The notes under the pieces: model-generated
Told to the model about the DNA's origin: nothing
The model's database searches: none
Seen by the model: the letters and a program-made list of their open reading frames with translations, nothing else
Translations under genes and position numbers: made by a program
Assembly: GCA_041576165.1 (NCBI GenBank)
Contig: JBFGLM010000022.1
Location: forward strand, 1 to 64,000
Direction of reading: 5' to 3'
Length of the DNA: 64,000 bases
Source: Acidimicrobiia bacterium
GTDB taxonomy: Bacteria > Actinomycetota > Acidimicrobiia > Spongiisociales > Spongiisociaceae
Shown: one piece after another, positions 30,165 through 39,976 of the stretch
Layout: every line of letters starts with the position of its first letter
Position numbering within the stretch: position 1 is the first letter of the stretch

Positions 30165-30698
30165 ATGCCAGCCGATTCCGGCTTCACGTCCAATGTGACC
30201 GACCTGCTGGCCGGCAATGCACGGTATGCCGAGGAGTTCACCTGGGACGAGATGCCGGCGGCTCCGAGCCGGCATCTCGCGGTGGTCGCCTGCATGGACG
30301 CGCGGATGGACGTGTATCGAATCCTGGGTCTCGGTCCGGGTGAGAGCCATGTGATACGTAACGCGGGCGGCATCGTCACCGACGATGTCATCCGCTCGCT
30401 GTGCCTTTCCCAGCGCCTGCTCGGTACACGCGAGATCGTGCTGGTGCACCACACCAACTGCGGTCTCGAATCCCTCTCGGAAGCGTCCCTCAGGGCCGAG
30501 CTGGCAGCCGACACCGGTCACGAGCCGCCTTGGGCGATCGGCGCATTCCAGGACCCGTACGACGACGTGCGGCACTCGATCCGCCGGCTTCTCGAATCGC
30601 CATTCCTATCGCACAAACAGCACATACACGGTTTTGTCTACGACGTGAGCGACGGGTCGCTGGTGAACGTGGAAAAGAGGAACGACGTCGCGCGCTGA
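30165..30698 (+). CDS. Beta-class carbonic anhydrase (clade D)
   Basis: CMDAR, RNAGG and HHTNCG zinc ligands. Confidence 0.92.
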   Translation: MPADSGFTSNVTDLLAGNARYAEEFTWDEMPAAPSRHLAVVACMDARMDVYRILGLGPGESHVIRNAGGIVTDDVIRSLCLSQRLLGTREIVLVHHTNCGLESLSEASLRAELAADTGHEPPWAIGAFQDPYDDVRHSIRRLLESPFLSHKQHIHGFVYDVSDGSLVNVEKRNDVAR

Positions 30699-30778
30699 CC
30701 GCAACGGCCTGATCACGCCTTGCTGCACGGTGTGGAATAGCCACTTCCTTATACCTTGGTATCCAATATATTGTTGGT

Positions 30779-31147
30779 ATGGTCTTCGATTTCATTTCCG
30801 GATACGTGCTGGGGGCGCGCAACGTCACCCGCGCTGCCGGCATGGCTGCCTCTGCCGCCCAGTTCCATGCGCAACCTCAGTCGAAGCTCCTCGATCTGAC
30901 TGACCGGTTGGACCGAATGACCCTCGTCATGGAAGCCATGTGGTCGCTCCTGCACGAGCAAGGCTTCACCAACGACCAGCTCATCGCCCGCATCGAAGAG
31001 CTGGATGCCGCAGACGGTGCTGTGGATGGCCGCAAGATCACGCCCGCCGCGGACTGCCCCGAATGCGGCGCCAAAGTCGGGCGCGGTATCGGACACTGTC
31101 AGTTCTGCGGATACGAGATCGACGACCCGAGCCCCTTCGCTTCCTGA
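30779..31147 (+). CDS. Hypothetical protein with C-terminal zinc ribbon
   Basis: Coiled segment, then CPEC...CQFC. Confidence 0.75.
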   Translation: MVFDFISGYVLGARNVTRAAGMAASAAQFHAQPQSKLLDLTDRLDRMTLVMEAMWSLLHEQGFTNDQLIARIEELDAADGAVDGRKITPAADCPECGAKVGRGIGHCQFCGYEIDDPSPFAS

Positions 31148-31184
31148 TCTGGGTCGCTAGTTGAGCCCGGCCGGTAGCGTACGG

Positions 31185-32633
31185 ATGGTGAGAACCGTCT
31201 TGCTGCTGGTGTTCATGCTCGCCCTCGCCGCGTGTACGGGCGATGCATCTCAACCCAATGACCCGCCGGTCACTGAGGCCCTTTCCACGACGTCCCTGTC
31301 TGTTGGCGCGGGCGGGCTGTCCGCCGAACGGCCCGACGGCCCCGCCATCGACAGCCGCGGCAGCGAACTTCCACCTGCTCCCGACCATCCCGATGGCCCG
31401 CTGGATCCCGACGCCGTTGACAACTTGGAGCAAATCTATGAAACGCTCCAGACCGGCGTGGACACTGACGCGATCGAAGCACTAGCTGCATCAGACGATC
31501 CCCGGCTTGGCTGGGTACTGGCGGATCTACTCCGCTTCTTTCCTCGGGGCCAGGTGACCGACTCGGTGGTCAACACCTTCGGCAACTTGATGGGCACATC
31601 ACTGACCTCGAGTCCTTCGCGTGTGCCGTGGACCGAGGTCTCAAACCTCATGATTGCCTGGGATCTCCCAGCACCGCCGGACTACACCGACTACAAGGCT
31701 CGACTTTTCACGCTGGTCGAGCCCGGCTGGGCGCCGTTCTTCGAAGATGCCGGGGCCGATATCGATTGGCGCTGGGTGAGCTGGGGTGGGGTTCTGATGG
31801 ATCAGCGGGTGCTCGGGGACCAGAGCCCCTGCCCGCGCGGATGCATTCCCGCCCTTGACGATCCGTCAGTGACCGACGCCGAGGGAGGGTCGTGGTACCC
31901 CGACGACTCCATAGTCTTTGCGGTGACCGTCAACGGCGAATCCCGGGCGTACCCGAAAAACATCATGGAAGTGCACGAAATGGTGAACGACACGCTGGGT
32001 GGGCGGCGGCTCGGGATGCCGTACTGCACCCTGTGCGGATCCGCCCAGGCCTATTTGACCGACAGCGTTCCACCCGGCATCGAAACCCCCGTCCTCCGCA
32101 CGTCCGGCCTCCTGTCCCGCTCGAACAAAGTGATGTACGACCTGATCAGCAAGTCCGTCTTCGACACGTTCCTTGGCACCGCAGTGTCCGGGCCGCTGCG
32201 CGAGGCAGGTGTCACTCTCGAACAGGTTTCGATGATTGCCACGACCTGGGGCGAGTGGAAGGCCGCCCACCCGGACACAACGATCGTTGCCGAAGATGGC
32301 GGGATCGGGCGTTCCTACCCTGCGGACCCGCTCCGCGGAAGAGACGACGACGGTCCGATCTTCCCCGTGGGCGATGTGGATCCTCGCCTCGCGGTCCAGG
32401 AGCCCGTCATCGGGGTGGAGACCCCGGATGGGACGGCGATCGCGTTTCCAACCGGTCAGGTGCGGGAGGTGCTCGGCGGGGGCGGCGACATTCGCGTGGC
32501 CGGGGTCGAGCTGGAAATCGACGGTGGCGGCGTCCGCGCTTATCTGGATGATGGGACCGAATTGGCCACTCACCAGGCGTTCTGGTTTGCCTGGAGCCAG
32601 TTCCGGCCCGACACACTCCTCTGGGAGGCGTGA
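31185..32633 (+). CDS. DUF3179 family lipoprotein
   Basis: Lipobox LAAC, IPALDDP, RAYP...HEMVND, YCTLCGS, SNKVMYD and FWFAW. Confidence 0.88.
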   Translation: MVRTVLLLVFMLALAACTGDASQPNDPPVTEALSTTSLSVGAGGLSAERPDGPAIDSRGSELPPAPDHPDGPLDPDAVDNLEQIYETLQTGVDTDAIEALAASDDPRLGWVLADLLRFFPRGQVTDSVVNTFGNLMGTSLTSSPSRVPWTEVSNLMIAWDLPAPPDYTDYKARLFTLVEPGWAPFFEDAGADIDWRWVSWGGVLMDQRVLGDQSPCPRGCIPALDDPSVTDAEGGSWYPDDSIVFAVTVNGESRAYPKNIMEVHEMVNDTLGGRRLGMPYCTLCGSAQAYLTDSVPPGIETPVLRTSGLLSRSNKVMYDLISKSVFDTFLGTAVSGPLREAGVTLEQVSMIATTWGEWKAAHPDTTIVAEDGGIGRSYPADPLRGRDDDGPIFPVGDVDPRLAVQEPVIGVETPDGTAIAFPTGQVREVLGGGGDIRVAGVELEIDGGGVRAYLDDGTELATHQAFWFAWSQFRPDTLLWEA

Positions 32634-32640
32634 CGAAAGC

Positions 32641-33192
32641 TCACTCCTTGGGCGGGGTGTCCCAGTCCTGGGTGTCTTTGCCGTTGACTCGGGCAAGGAT
32701 GTCCAGCGCAGCCGATGCTCCGTCGCCGGCCGAGATGATCGCCTGACTGCGTGTCGGCCGGACGCTGCGGCCCACGACATACACGCCGTCAACGCTGCTG
32801 CGCCCACTGCGATCGACGGCAATCCCGCCCTCTGGATCACCGAGACCGAGGGCCTCCGCCAGGGGAGCGTTCTTTCCCTCGGTCAGGATCAGGTAGTCGA
32901 CTAGATGGGTCGGGCGTTTCTCGACGGTGAGTTGGAATCCGTCGTCCGTGGCCTCCACGCCGGTTACCTGCGCGTCGACGAGGTCGGCTCCGAACTCCTC
33001 GACTTGGCGACGGGCAATCTTCTGGAAGCTCGATCCGGCGATCTCAGGTATCCCGAGATAGTTGTAAATGTAGGCATAGTGCATGGCCGTGTTGTCTTGG
33101 CCGTAGACGGTGACGTCCTGGCCGTTCTTGGCGAGAAACAAGGCTGCGCTCAGGCCGCCCGGGCCGTCTCCCACGATTCCGACCACTGCCAT
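32641..33192 (-). CDS. Short FAD-dependent thioredoxin-reductase-like protein (FAD domain only)
   Basis: GDGPGGLSAA, NYLG and QAIISAGDG. No CxxC or NADPH domain. Confidence 0.82.
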   Translation of the reverse strand: MAVVGIVGDGPGGLSAALFLAKNGQDVTVYGQDNTAMHYAYIYNYLGIPEIAGSSFQKIARRQVEEFGADLVDAQVTGVEATDDGFQLTVEKRPTHLVDYLILTEGKNAPLAEALGLGDPEGGIAVDRSGRSSVDGVYVVGRSVRPTRSQAIISAGDGASAALDILARVNGKDTQDWDTPPKE

Positions 33193-33319
33193 GTGCCACC
33201 TCCGTGTCGCCGGGAACGGCTAGGCTACTTGCAGGCTGCAACTACCTCGCTCGGCGCGATAACCTCAGGGTCGCGCTCAGGTCCCGCCCGATTTTGCCAC
33301 ACACCGTTACAATGCCGCC

Positions 33320-33478
33320 ATGCGCAAACTGGTACGGGGGATCGTAGGCCTCCTGAGGGGCATCGGGGCCTTCCTGCGGATGCTGGCCCGACCGTTCCGC
33401 GGGTCGAGGATCGACTACCCGGAGAGTGACGAGCTCAAGCTCGAACGAGAGCGCATGCGAGGCATGCGAGGCTTTTGA
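33320..33478 (+). CDS. Leaderless small protein (52 aa), below the ORF-track cutoff
   Basis: TACAAT (33308-33313) lies 6 nt before the ATG. Product MRKLVRGIVGLLRGIGAFLRMLARPFRGSRIDYPESDELKLERERMRGMRGF fills the intergenic gap. Confidence 0.55.
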   Translation: MRKLVRGIVGLLRGIGAFLRMLARPFRGSRIDYPESDELKLERERMRGMRGF

Positions 33479-33505
33479 CCCACTCCCGACAGCACAACCG
33501 CAGAA

Positions 33506-34735
33506 TCACGCCCGGACTTTGGGCTCCTTCGGAAGCCCCAGGATCATCTCTCCTACGATGTTGCGTTGGATCTCGCTCGTTCCGGCGTAGATCGTGCCGG
33601 CGCGAGCGTTGAGGAACACGTTCGTCCACGAACCGGATTCGTTCGGCGCACCGGGATCGTCGGTGGCGAACGCCGACTGCGGGTGCCGTCCGTCCAGGAC
33701 CAGGCCGCGCATCCCCATTACGTCCATTCCGAGTTCGGTGACCTCCCGGTGGTATTCGCTCCAGAAGATCTTCGTGATTGCCCCGTCCGGCCCGGGCGGG
33801 TGGCCCTGCAGGAAGCGGGTCAACGCGTCGTAACCCATGAACCGCATCACCTCGACCTTCTCATGCATTTGCAGCAGCCGCTCCCGGATCAAAGGGTCGT
33901 CCAGCCGGCCCAGCTCGCGAGCGAACTCAACGAGCCGGTCCAGCTCCTGGCGGAACATGATCGGGCTCACAGCCGCTCGTTCGCCCCGCTCGAAACCGAG
34001 CAGCGTCATCGCCACCCGCCAGCCTTCGTTCAATCCACCGATCACGTGGTCGTTGGACGCCCGGGCGTCGTCGAAGAAGATCTCGTTGAACTCGGACTCG
34101 CCGGAGATCATTCTGATCGGACGCACCTCAACCCCGGGCTGGTCCATCGGACACAACAGGAACGTGATGCCTTTGTGGGGCGGGGCTTCGGGTTCGGTGC
34201 GGCATAGCACGAAGATCCAGTTGGCGAGGTGACCGGCCGAGGTCCAGATCTTCTGACCGTTGATGACCCACTCGTCACCGTCCCGCACAGCCCTCGTTCC
34301 GAGGCTGGCCAGATCGGAACCTGCGTTTGGTTCGGAGTAGCCCTGGCAGAACAGATACTCACCCGAGAGGATGCGGGGGAGGAAGTGGAGTTTCTGTTCT
34401 TCCGTGCCCACCTGTAGCAGCGTGTTGCCCAGCATTTGGATGCCGAACACGTCATTGGGTCCGCCCAGCGGCACGCCGGCCCGGGCGAACTCTTCGGCGA
34501 CCACGACGACGTCGAGGTCGGTGAGCCCGGCCCCCCCGTACTCCTCGGGCCACGAGAGGCCGAGCCAGCCCCCCTCATACAGCTGCTGGCGCCAGGTCGT
34601 TACGAACGTCCAGTAGGCGTCTCCATCCAGAGAACCGACACCCTTCCAATCCTGCGGCAGATTCTCAGCGAGAAAGGCCTGGACCTTCTCCCGGGTCGCC
34701 TCGGCCCGTTCCGGATAGCCGAATTCCACTGGCAC
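33506..34735 (-). CDS. Acyl-CoA dehydrogenase
   Basis: CQGYSEPNAGSDLASL, NGQKIWTS and TIYAGTSEIQRN. Confidence 0.93.
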   Translation of the reverse strand: MPVEFGYPERAEATREKVQAFLAENLPQDWKGVGSLDGDAYWTFVTTWRQQLYEGGWLGLSWPEEYGGAGLTDLDVVVVAEEFARAGVPLGGPNDVFGIQMLGNTLLQVGTEEQKLHFLPRILSGEYLFCQGYSEPNAGSDLASLGTRAVRDGDEWVINGQKIWTSAGHLANWIFVLCRTEPEAPPHKGITFLLCPMDQPGVEVRPIRMISGESEFNEIFFDDARASNDHVIGGLNEGWRVAMTLLGFERGERAAVSPIMFRQELDRLVEFARELGRLDDPLIRERLLQMHEKVEVMRFMGYDALTRFLQGHPPGPDGAITKIFWSEYHREVTELGMDVMGMRGLVLDGRHPQSAFATDDPGAPNESGSWTNVFLNARAGTIYAGTSEIQRNIVGEMILGLPKEPKVRA

Positions 34736-34886
34736 CTCGTTGTTCGGGTCACCTCACTCTACCGCCTCACCAACGGCTGGCCGCTGCTCGGTCTCGGCCC
34801 AATCGAAGGACGCTTCAGGTGCATAGCCGGTTTGCCGACAGGTTTGATCGGTATATTCCGTTTGCTTCACGACATGGGAGACACAA

Positions 34887-35165
34887 ATGGGGTACGAAGG
34901 CTACGTCCGGGTGCTCGCAGCCGGCGGCGAGGTGCTCGATTTGGCTCGGGCCTCACTTGGCGAGATCGACCACCAGGGTCACACCTGGGGGGGACGCCTC
35001 TTCGTGGCACCGGGCTCGGCGCTGGACGGCAAATTCATGCCGGTGACGATCGACGTGCCGGGCAAGTTCGCCGGCCCGGCGATCATCAAGCCGTCTGCAA
35101 ATGGGGCCGGTCCGGACGGGGTGATCCTGGAGGTTCTGGGAGAAGGCCCGAACCCACTCGACTGA
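34887..35165 (+). CDS. Hypothetical small beta-rich protein (possibly DUF4873-like)
   Basis: RBS GGGAG before the ATG; GYEG...WGGRL...GEGPNP pattern. Confidence 0.6.
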   Translation: MGYEGYVRVLAAGGEVLDLARASLGEIDHQGHTWGGRLFVAPGSALDGKFMPVTIDVPGKFAGPAIIKPSANGAGPDGVILEVLGEGPNPLD

Positions 35166-35175
35166 GCGTCCCGAC

Positions 35176-36375
35176 GTGACCGGCTCTTTTAGCGACCTCG
35201 GGGCCGTCCTGCGGCGTGGCCGGGGACCCGACCGTACGAGCCTGCTCGAGCTCATCGAGCTCCAGCACGATCCGACCGACGTCCCCGAAGCAGCAATGGT
35301 CTTCGACGATCCGGCGTTCGGGCCGGAAGGATGGCTGGTGGCGGCACACGGGGATCGGGTCGTGGCGTGCATCGCCCCCTTCGAGAATCGCGTACGGATT
35401 GGCCGGGTCGAGCTGGCCGGGCTCGAGATCGAATTCGTCACCAGTCACCCGAGCGTCGCCGGGCGAGGCTTGATCCGTCGGCTGTTTGCAATGCTGGCCG
35501 GAACCCACCCCAACCACCTGGTCCACTTGATGGTGGGGATTCCCTACTTCTACCGGCGACTGGGTTACGAGTATGCGATCCCAAGCCCGCCGGAGCAGGT
35601 GATAGACGAAGACCAGAACCTCACATTGCCATCCGGGTGGGAATTCATTTCCGTGGACTCGACCTACATCGACGCACTACAAGCCGCCCAAGCTGACATG
35701 TCGGACGACGCCGACGTCGCCTTTGCCCATACCGACACCAGGTGGCGGTGGTTGCTCGCCTCGCCTAACTACACGACGCTGCGGGCCTGCTCGGGGGAGG
35801 AGCAGGCCTTCGCCCGTATCCACGACTGGAAAGGCGACGCGTACATGTTCGACATTGTCGCCCGCAGTCCCGACGGTCTGGAGGCACTGGCCGCTGCCGC
35901 CCGCAGCGTGGCCGGCGGGAGCCTGAGTCTGTTGCTCCGTCCGGCGCTCCGGGAGATCGCCGCAGGCGTCGGCGAGACGGCCTCTCAGGACTACGCCTAC
36001 TACGCCAAGGTGACGGATCCGGTCGCTGCGCTCGAGGCGCTGCGCCCGGAGCTGAGTGCCCGCCTCCAGAGATCCGATCAGGCCGGTGCCGCCGGGCGCT
36101 TGCTGATTTCGTTCTACACATCATCGGTGACTCTGGAATACGACCGCGGCGCAATCGGACCGGTTCGTCCCGGAGACCCAGAGCGGGCGCCGGTGGCGGC
36201 CGGCGGCGCCGGCGTTCCTCCCGACCTGATCGCCACGCTGCTCCTCGGACCCGACGGCTTCACTACCATGGCACGGCGCCACCCGGATGTGCTGGCTGGC
36301 CAGGCAGCAGGCGCGGTCATGGGCGCCCTGTTCCCGCCTCAGACCGTCGACGTCCAGTCGTGGGTCTATCCGTGA
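35176..36375 (+). CDS. GNAT acetyltransferase (Eis-like architecture)
   Basis: VTSHPSVAGRGLIRRL and GIPYFYRRLGYEYA. Confidence 0.85.
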   Translation: MTGSFSDLGAVLRRGRGPDRTSLLELIELQHDPTDVPEAAMVFDDPAFGPEGWLVAAHGDRVVACIAPFENRVRIGRVELAGLEIEFVTSHPSVAGRGLIRRLFAMLAGTHPNHLVHLMVGIPYFYRRLGYEYAIPSPPEQVIDEDQNLTLPSGWEFISVDSTYIDALQAAQADMSDDADVAFAHTDTRWRWLLASPNYTTLRACSGEEQAFARIHDWKGDAYMFDIVARSPDGLEALAAAARSVAGGSLSLLLRPALREIAAGVGETASQDYAYYAKVTDPVAALEALRPELSARLQRSDQAGAAGRLLISFYTSSVTLEYDRGAIGPVRPGDPERAPVAAGGAGVPPDLIATLLLGPDGFTTMARRHPDVLAGQAAGAVMGALFPPQTVDVQSWVYP

Positions 36376-36383
36376 CCCGGCGC

Positions 36384-37601
36384 TCAGCGGTTCGCCAATA
36401 GATCCGGCCGCGCCCAGCCGGTGACGTCCTCAGCCAAGACCACCCGGAACCGTTCGCGGGGGAGGTCGTGTTTCCAATCCCCGTGCAGAGCCAGCTGGGC
36501 GGCGATACGTCCTAGCTCGGAACCCCACTTGGCGGCCCGGCCGTTGCCGCCGGTTGCCACGAACAGCCTTCCCGGCGTGATCACGTCGATGTATGGGTTG
36601 CCGTGGGCGGTGTAGGCGATCACGCAGCGTTCGGTGCGCCAGACGGTGCTGTCGAGCTGGGGGAAGAGGTTGAGCATGGCCCGTCGGAGCAGGGGCAGCG
36701 GATTGACCGTGCCGGCCTGGCGGTACCATCCGGCCGCCGCATCCGGCCCGTCCAGCCACTGATCCCGAGCGGTGTTGGCGCCCAGTTTCAGCCTCCACCG
36801 GCCGTCCGGGGTGGCGGTCAGCGGAGTGGTGTAGATCTCGGCAACATCGGCCGGCTCGAGGTCGAGATGCATCGGCGGAACGTCCATGTACAGGGCCCGT
36901 TGCTCCGGCGGAACTTCAGCGAAGACAATAGTTTCGGATTTGAGGCGCAGGGCCAACTGGCGCGGCAAAAGGCCGGTTCGGTTGGTGAAGGCTCCGGCTG
37001 CCACCAGGCATCTTGGAGCCGACAGCACCGTTCCGCTCACGGTCGTGACCCGGCAGCCACCACCGTCCGCGGAGATGTTGGTCACCATGTCGGGAATGAG
37101 CTCGGCGCCGCTCTGACGTAAAAACTCGGCGACCAGCCGGCGCGGATCGATGACCCCGGCCGGCGGGTGTTCGAAGTAGCCGAGGGTGTCGTCGGGTACA
37201 TGAACCACCGGCCAGCGACGCCGGATTTCCCGACCATTGACGATTTCGATACCGAAACGGTCCTCGTGGCGGGCAGCCTGCCACTCGAGTTCGGCGAGGC
37301 CACACCCGGGCTGTGCGCCGTAGAGAACGCCGGTGTGGCGCGCAATCGGAGCCCCGGAGGCCTTTTCGAGCTGATGCATGGTGTCGAGTGAGCGAAGTGC
37401 CAGTTCGGTCTCTGCCGGATCAGGATGCCACCGCCACATCAACCGGGTCTGGTCATAATGTGCACCGAAGACACCGGTGTGGGTAGCAGGATCGTGCGGC
37501 TCCGGCGATGCGATCACGGTGACTTGCGCGCCGCGGCGGGCGGCGTGAAACGCAGCAGGAGCACCCATGATGCCGCCGCCGACGACGATCAGGTCGGTCA
37601 T
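36384..37601 (-). CDS. FAD-dependent oxidoreductase (sarcosine oxidase/DAO family)
   Basis: VVGGGIMG, VAAGAF and GGNGRAAK. Confidence 0.88.
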   Translation of the reverse strand: MTDLIVVGGGIMGAPAAFHAARRGAQVTVIASPEPHDPATHTGVFGAHYDQTRLMWRWHPDPAETELALRSLDTMHQLEKASGAPIARHTGVLYGAQPGCGLAELEWQAARHEDRFGIEIVNGREIRRRWPVVHVPDDTLGYFEHPPAGVIDPRRLVAEFLRQSGAELIPDMVTNISADGGGCRVTTVSGTVLSAPRCLVAAGAFTNRTGLLPRQLALRLKSETIVFAEVPPEQRALYMDVPPMHLDLEPADVAEIYTTPLTATPDGRWRLKLGANTARDQWLDGPDAAAGWYRQAGTVNPLPLLRRAMLNLFPQLDSTVWRTERCVIAYTAHGNPYIDVITPGRLFVATGGNGRAAKWGSELGRIAAQLALHGDWKHDLPRERFRVVLAEDVTGWARPDLLANR

Positions 37602-37653
37602 TGGCGGATGCCCGGCATGGCCGCACGGCGCGGGAGTTTCTGGCTCCGGGCGA

Positions 37654-39015
37654 TCAAAGCTCGAGCAACGCCTGTTCGACGATCTCGGGCGGCGCAGGGT
37701 GTATGTAGTACTGCTGGGTGGCCATTTCGTCGACGGTTTGCCCGAATCGCATGCCCTGGATCAGCTGCTGGATGAGCGTCGCAGCCATCGGTCCCATGAT
37801 GTGGGCTCCGAGCAGCAGACGCGTTTCGGCGTGGGCGATCAACTTACAGATTGAGTCCTGATCCTCCATCGCCCATCCATATGCCGCGGCGCCATAGGGT
37901 CTGGTGACCTTGGTGTACGGAAGGTTTGCAGCAACGACGTCGCGTTCGGTCATGCCTACCGCCGCGACCTGGGGATTGGCGAATACAGCGTGGGGCACTG
38001 CGCCCAGGGTCATGGTGCGCAGGTCCTCCGGGTGGATGATGTTGTGCGCCACCATGCGGGTCGAGGCGTTGGCCAGATGCTTCAACTGTTCTCTGTACGC
38101 GATATCCCCGAGCGCCCAAATGCCCTCGACATTGGTCCGGCCATGATCATCGACCACGACATACCCTTCGTCGTCCACGGCAACGCCGGTCGCGGCGACA
38201 CCGAGCCTGTCCGAGTTCGGCAAGCGCCCGGTCGCGACGAGGAGCATGTCGGCCTCGGTCTCGAATCCGCCCTCGCTGTCCGACCCCTTGACGCGGATCA
38301 GCGTTGATTCGTCTTCGGAGAACCCCTCAATGGTGCAGCCAAGATGAACCTTGTAGCGGCGCCGGTACTGCTCCGTGAACCATGCCGATATGTCGTCATC
38401 CTCATCCCGAAGCATGCGGGGCCCGCGGACCACGAACTCGACCTCGACCCCGAAGGCGCCAAACACTTCGCCCAGCTCGGCCGCGATGAAGCCGCCCCCG
38501 AGCACCAGTAGCCGCTCGGGGAGTTGGTCGATACGCATGATGTCGTCGCTGGTGTAGAAGGTGACCTCATTCAGGCCGCTGATCTTTGGGACGGAGGGTC
38601 GGGCCCCCGCGGCCAGGACAATGGTGTCGGACGTGATCATCGACTCGCCAACCTGAAGCTGCTTGTGGCCCACAAACCGGCCACGGCTCGGGTAAACCGC
38701 GATGTGTTCGAGCCGCTGCCGGTAGGCACGGCCACCCTCAGCAATGGGATCAATCCGCTCGAAGATGCGGTCTCGAATGGCGGGCCAGTCGACACCGTCC
38801 ATCCGGCTGTGAACGCCGTAGATCGGGCCGCGGGCAGCGAGATCGGCGATCTCCGCGGCGTAGACGTACATCTTCGAGGGGATGCACCCCCGGTTCAGGC
38901 ACGTACCGCCAAACGGTCCCTCTTCGACAATCGCCACCTTCCAGTCGTCGAAGTCGGGGGAGAGCAGCATGTTGCCGGACCCGGCGCCGATGATGATCAG
39001 GTCGAAGCGCTCCAC
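37654..39015 (-). CDS. mtr: Mycothione reductase-like flavoprotein disulfide reductase
   Basis: IIGAGSGN, GGTCLNRGCIPSKMYVYAA, QLKHLAN, AYGWAMED and QYYIHPAPPE. Confidence 0.82.
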   Translation of the reverse strand: MERFDLIIIGAGSGNMLLSPDFDDWKVAIVEEGPFGGTCLNRGCIPSKMYVYAAEIADLAARGPIYGVHSRMDGVDWPAIRDRIFERIDPIAEGGRAYRQRLEHIAVYPSRGRFVGHKQLQVGESMITSDTIVLAAGARPSVPKISGLNEVTFYTSDDIMRIDQLPERLLVLGGGFIAAELGEVFGAFGVEVEFVVRGPRMLRDEDDDISAWFTEQYRRRYKVHLGCTIEGFSEDESTLIRVKGSDSEGGFETEADMLLVATGRLPNSDRLGVAATGVAVDDEGYVVVDDHGRTNVEGIWALGDIAYREQLKHLANASTRMVAHNIIHPEDLRTMTLGAVPHAVFANPQVAAVGMTERDVVAANLPYTKVTRPYGAAAYGWAMEDQDSICKLIAHAETRLLLGAHIMGPMAATLIQQLIQGMRFGQTVDEMATQQYYIHPAPPEIVEQALLEL

Positions 39016-39172
39016 GGGTCATGACACTACGGGACACGCCGCCAAAGGCAACTCACCCATCCGCCCGGCGGACGGGGACCCGGCCATGGTGCCCGATGGC
39101 CATCTGACGGCTTGCCGGGAGCGGACGCATGGGACGGTAGGTTGACCTCGAGCCCGTAGCGAGGAGACGGAC

Positions 39173-39948
39173 GTGCGGGTGTTTGCGGCGGGGGTCGGCG
39201 TGGTCATAGTCGTTGGCGTCCTGGCCGACATGGTGAACACCCTGGTCACGACCTCGACCAGCAACAACAAATGGTGGCTGACCCAACGGCTCTACCGGAT
39301 TGCGTGGCGAGCCACGACGGGCTCGCGCGCGTGATGCGCAGCGACCGAGCGAGGGAGCGGTTGCTCGCCACTTTCGCTCCGGTATCGGTGTTGATGCTCC
39401 TCGCAGTGTGAGTGACCCAGCAGATACTGGGATTCGGCCTTGTCTGGTGGGCGGTTGGCGGTGTCGAGGGGGCCAGCGACCTCTGGGATGCGGTCTATTT
39501 CTCCGGCGTCGATGCTGGTGCTGTTCCGCTCCATCCCGGCCACCACTGGGTTACGGCACTCGGACTGGTGACCGACGCTGCCCTGCAGTGCATGCTGATA
39601 GAAGGCGCCAGGGGACGCTCGTCGAACTGGATGCTGCGCTGGGCGATCCGCCTGTTCGATCAACGGACCGCCCACGTCGATCTGTCCGGGTACCGGACCG
39701 GTGCCCCTCAGCTGGAGGACGCCAGCGAAGACGAGCGGTCACGTTTGTTTCGGGATCTCTACCAGCAGCTGGAAGACCACGGCTTCGATCTGGTGCCCTA
39801 CGAGCGAGCACTCGAGGTCGTAGCTCCTCTCCGGCGCCGATCCGCAGCTGCGCTCGAATTCCAGATCGACGAGCTGCTGGCCCCGCGTGGTTTCTGGGGC
39901 CATGCGGTTGGCCACCAGGCCGACTGGTACGCCCCGCAACTACCCTGA
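39173..39948 (+). pseudogene. Decayed potassium-channel-family membrane protein
   Basis: Frameshift near 39318 and an in-frame TGA at 39409, where Trp is expected. The pore segment that should follow WDAVYFSGV (TxGFGD) and the next TM are missing. Confidence 0.7.
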
Positions 39949-39976
39949 GGCGAGGTCGTTTGAGCAGTCGACGTCG

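Noticed and set aside
31185-32633. DUF3179 protein as a selenoprotein
   Set aside because: The family includes Sec forms, but this ORF is uninterrupted and has Cys (YCTLC).
39409-39411. In-frame TGA as a second selenocysteine
   Set aside because: It lies in a TM helix where Trp is expected, has no redox motif, and the gene has other lesions.
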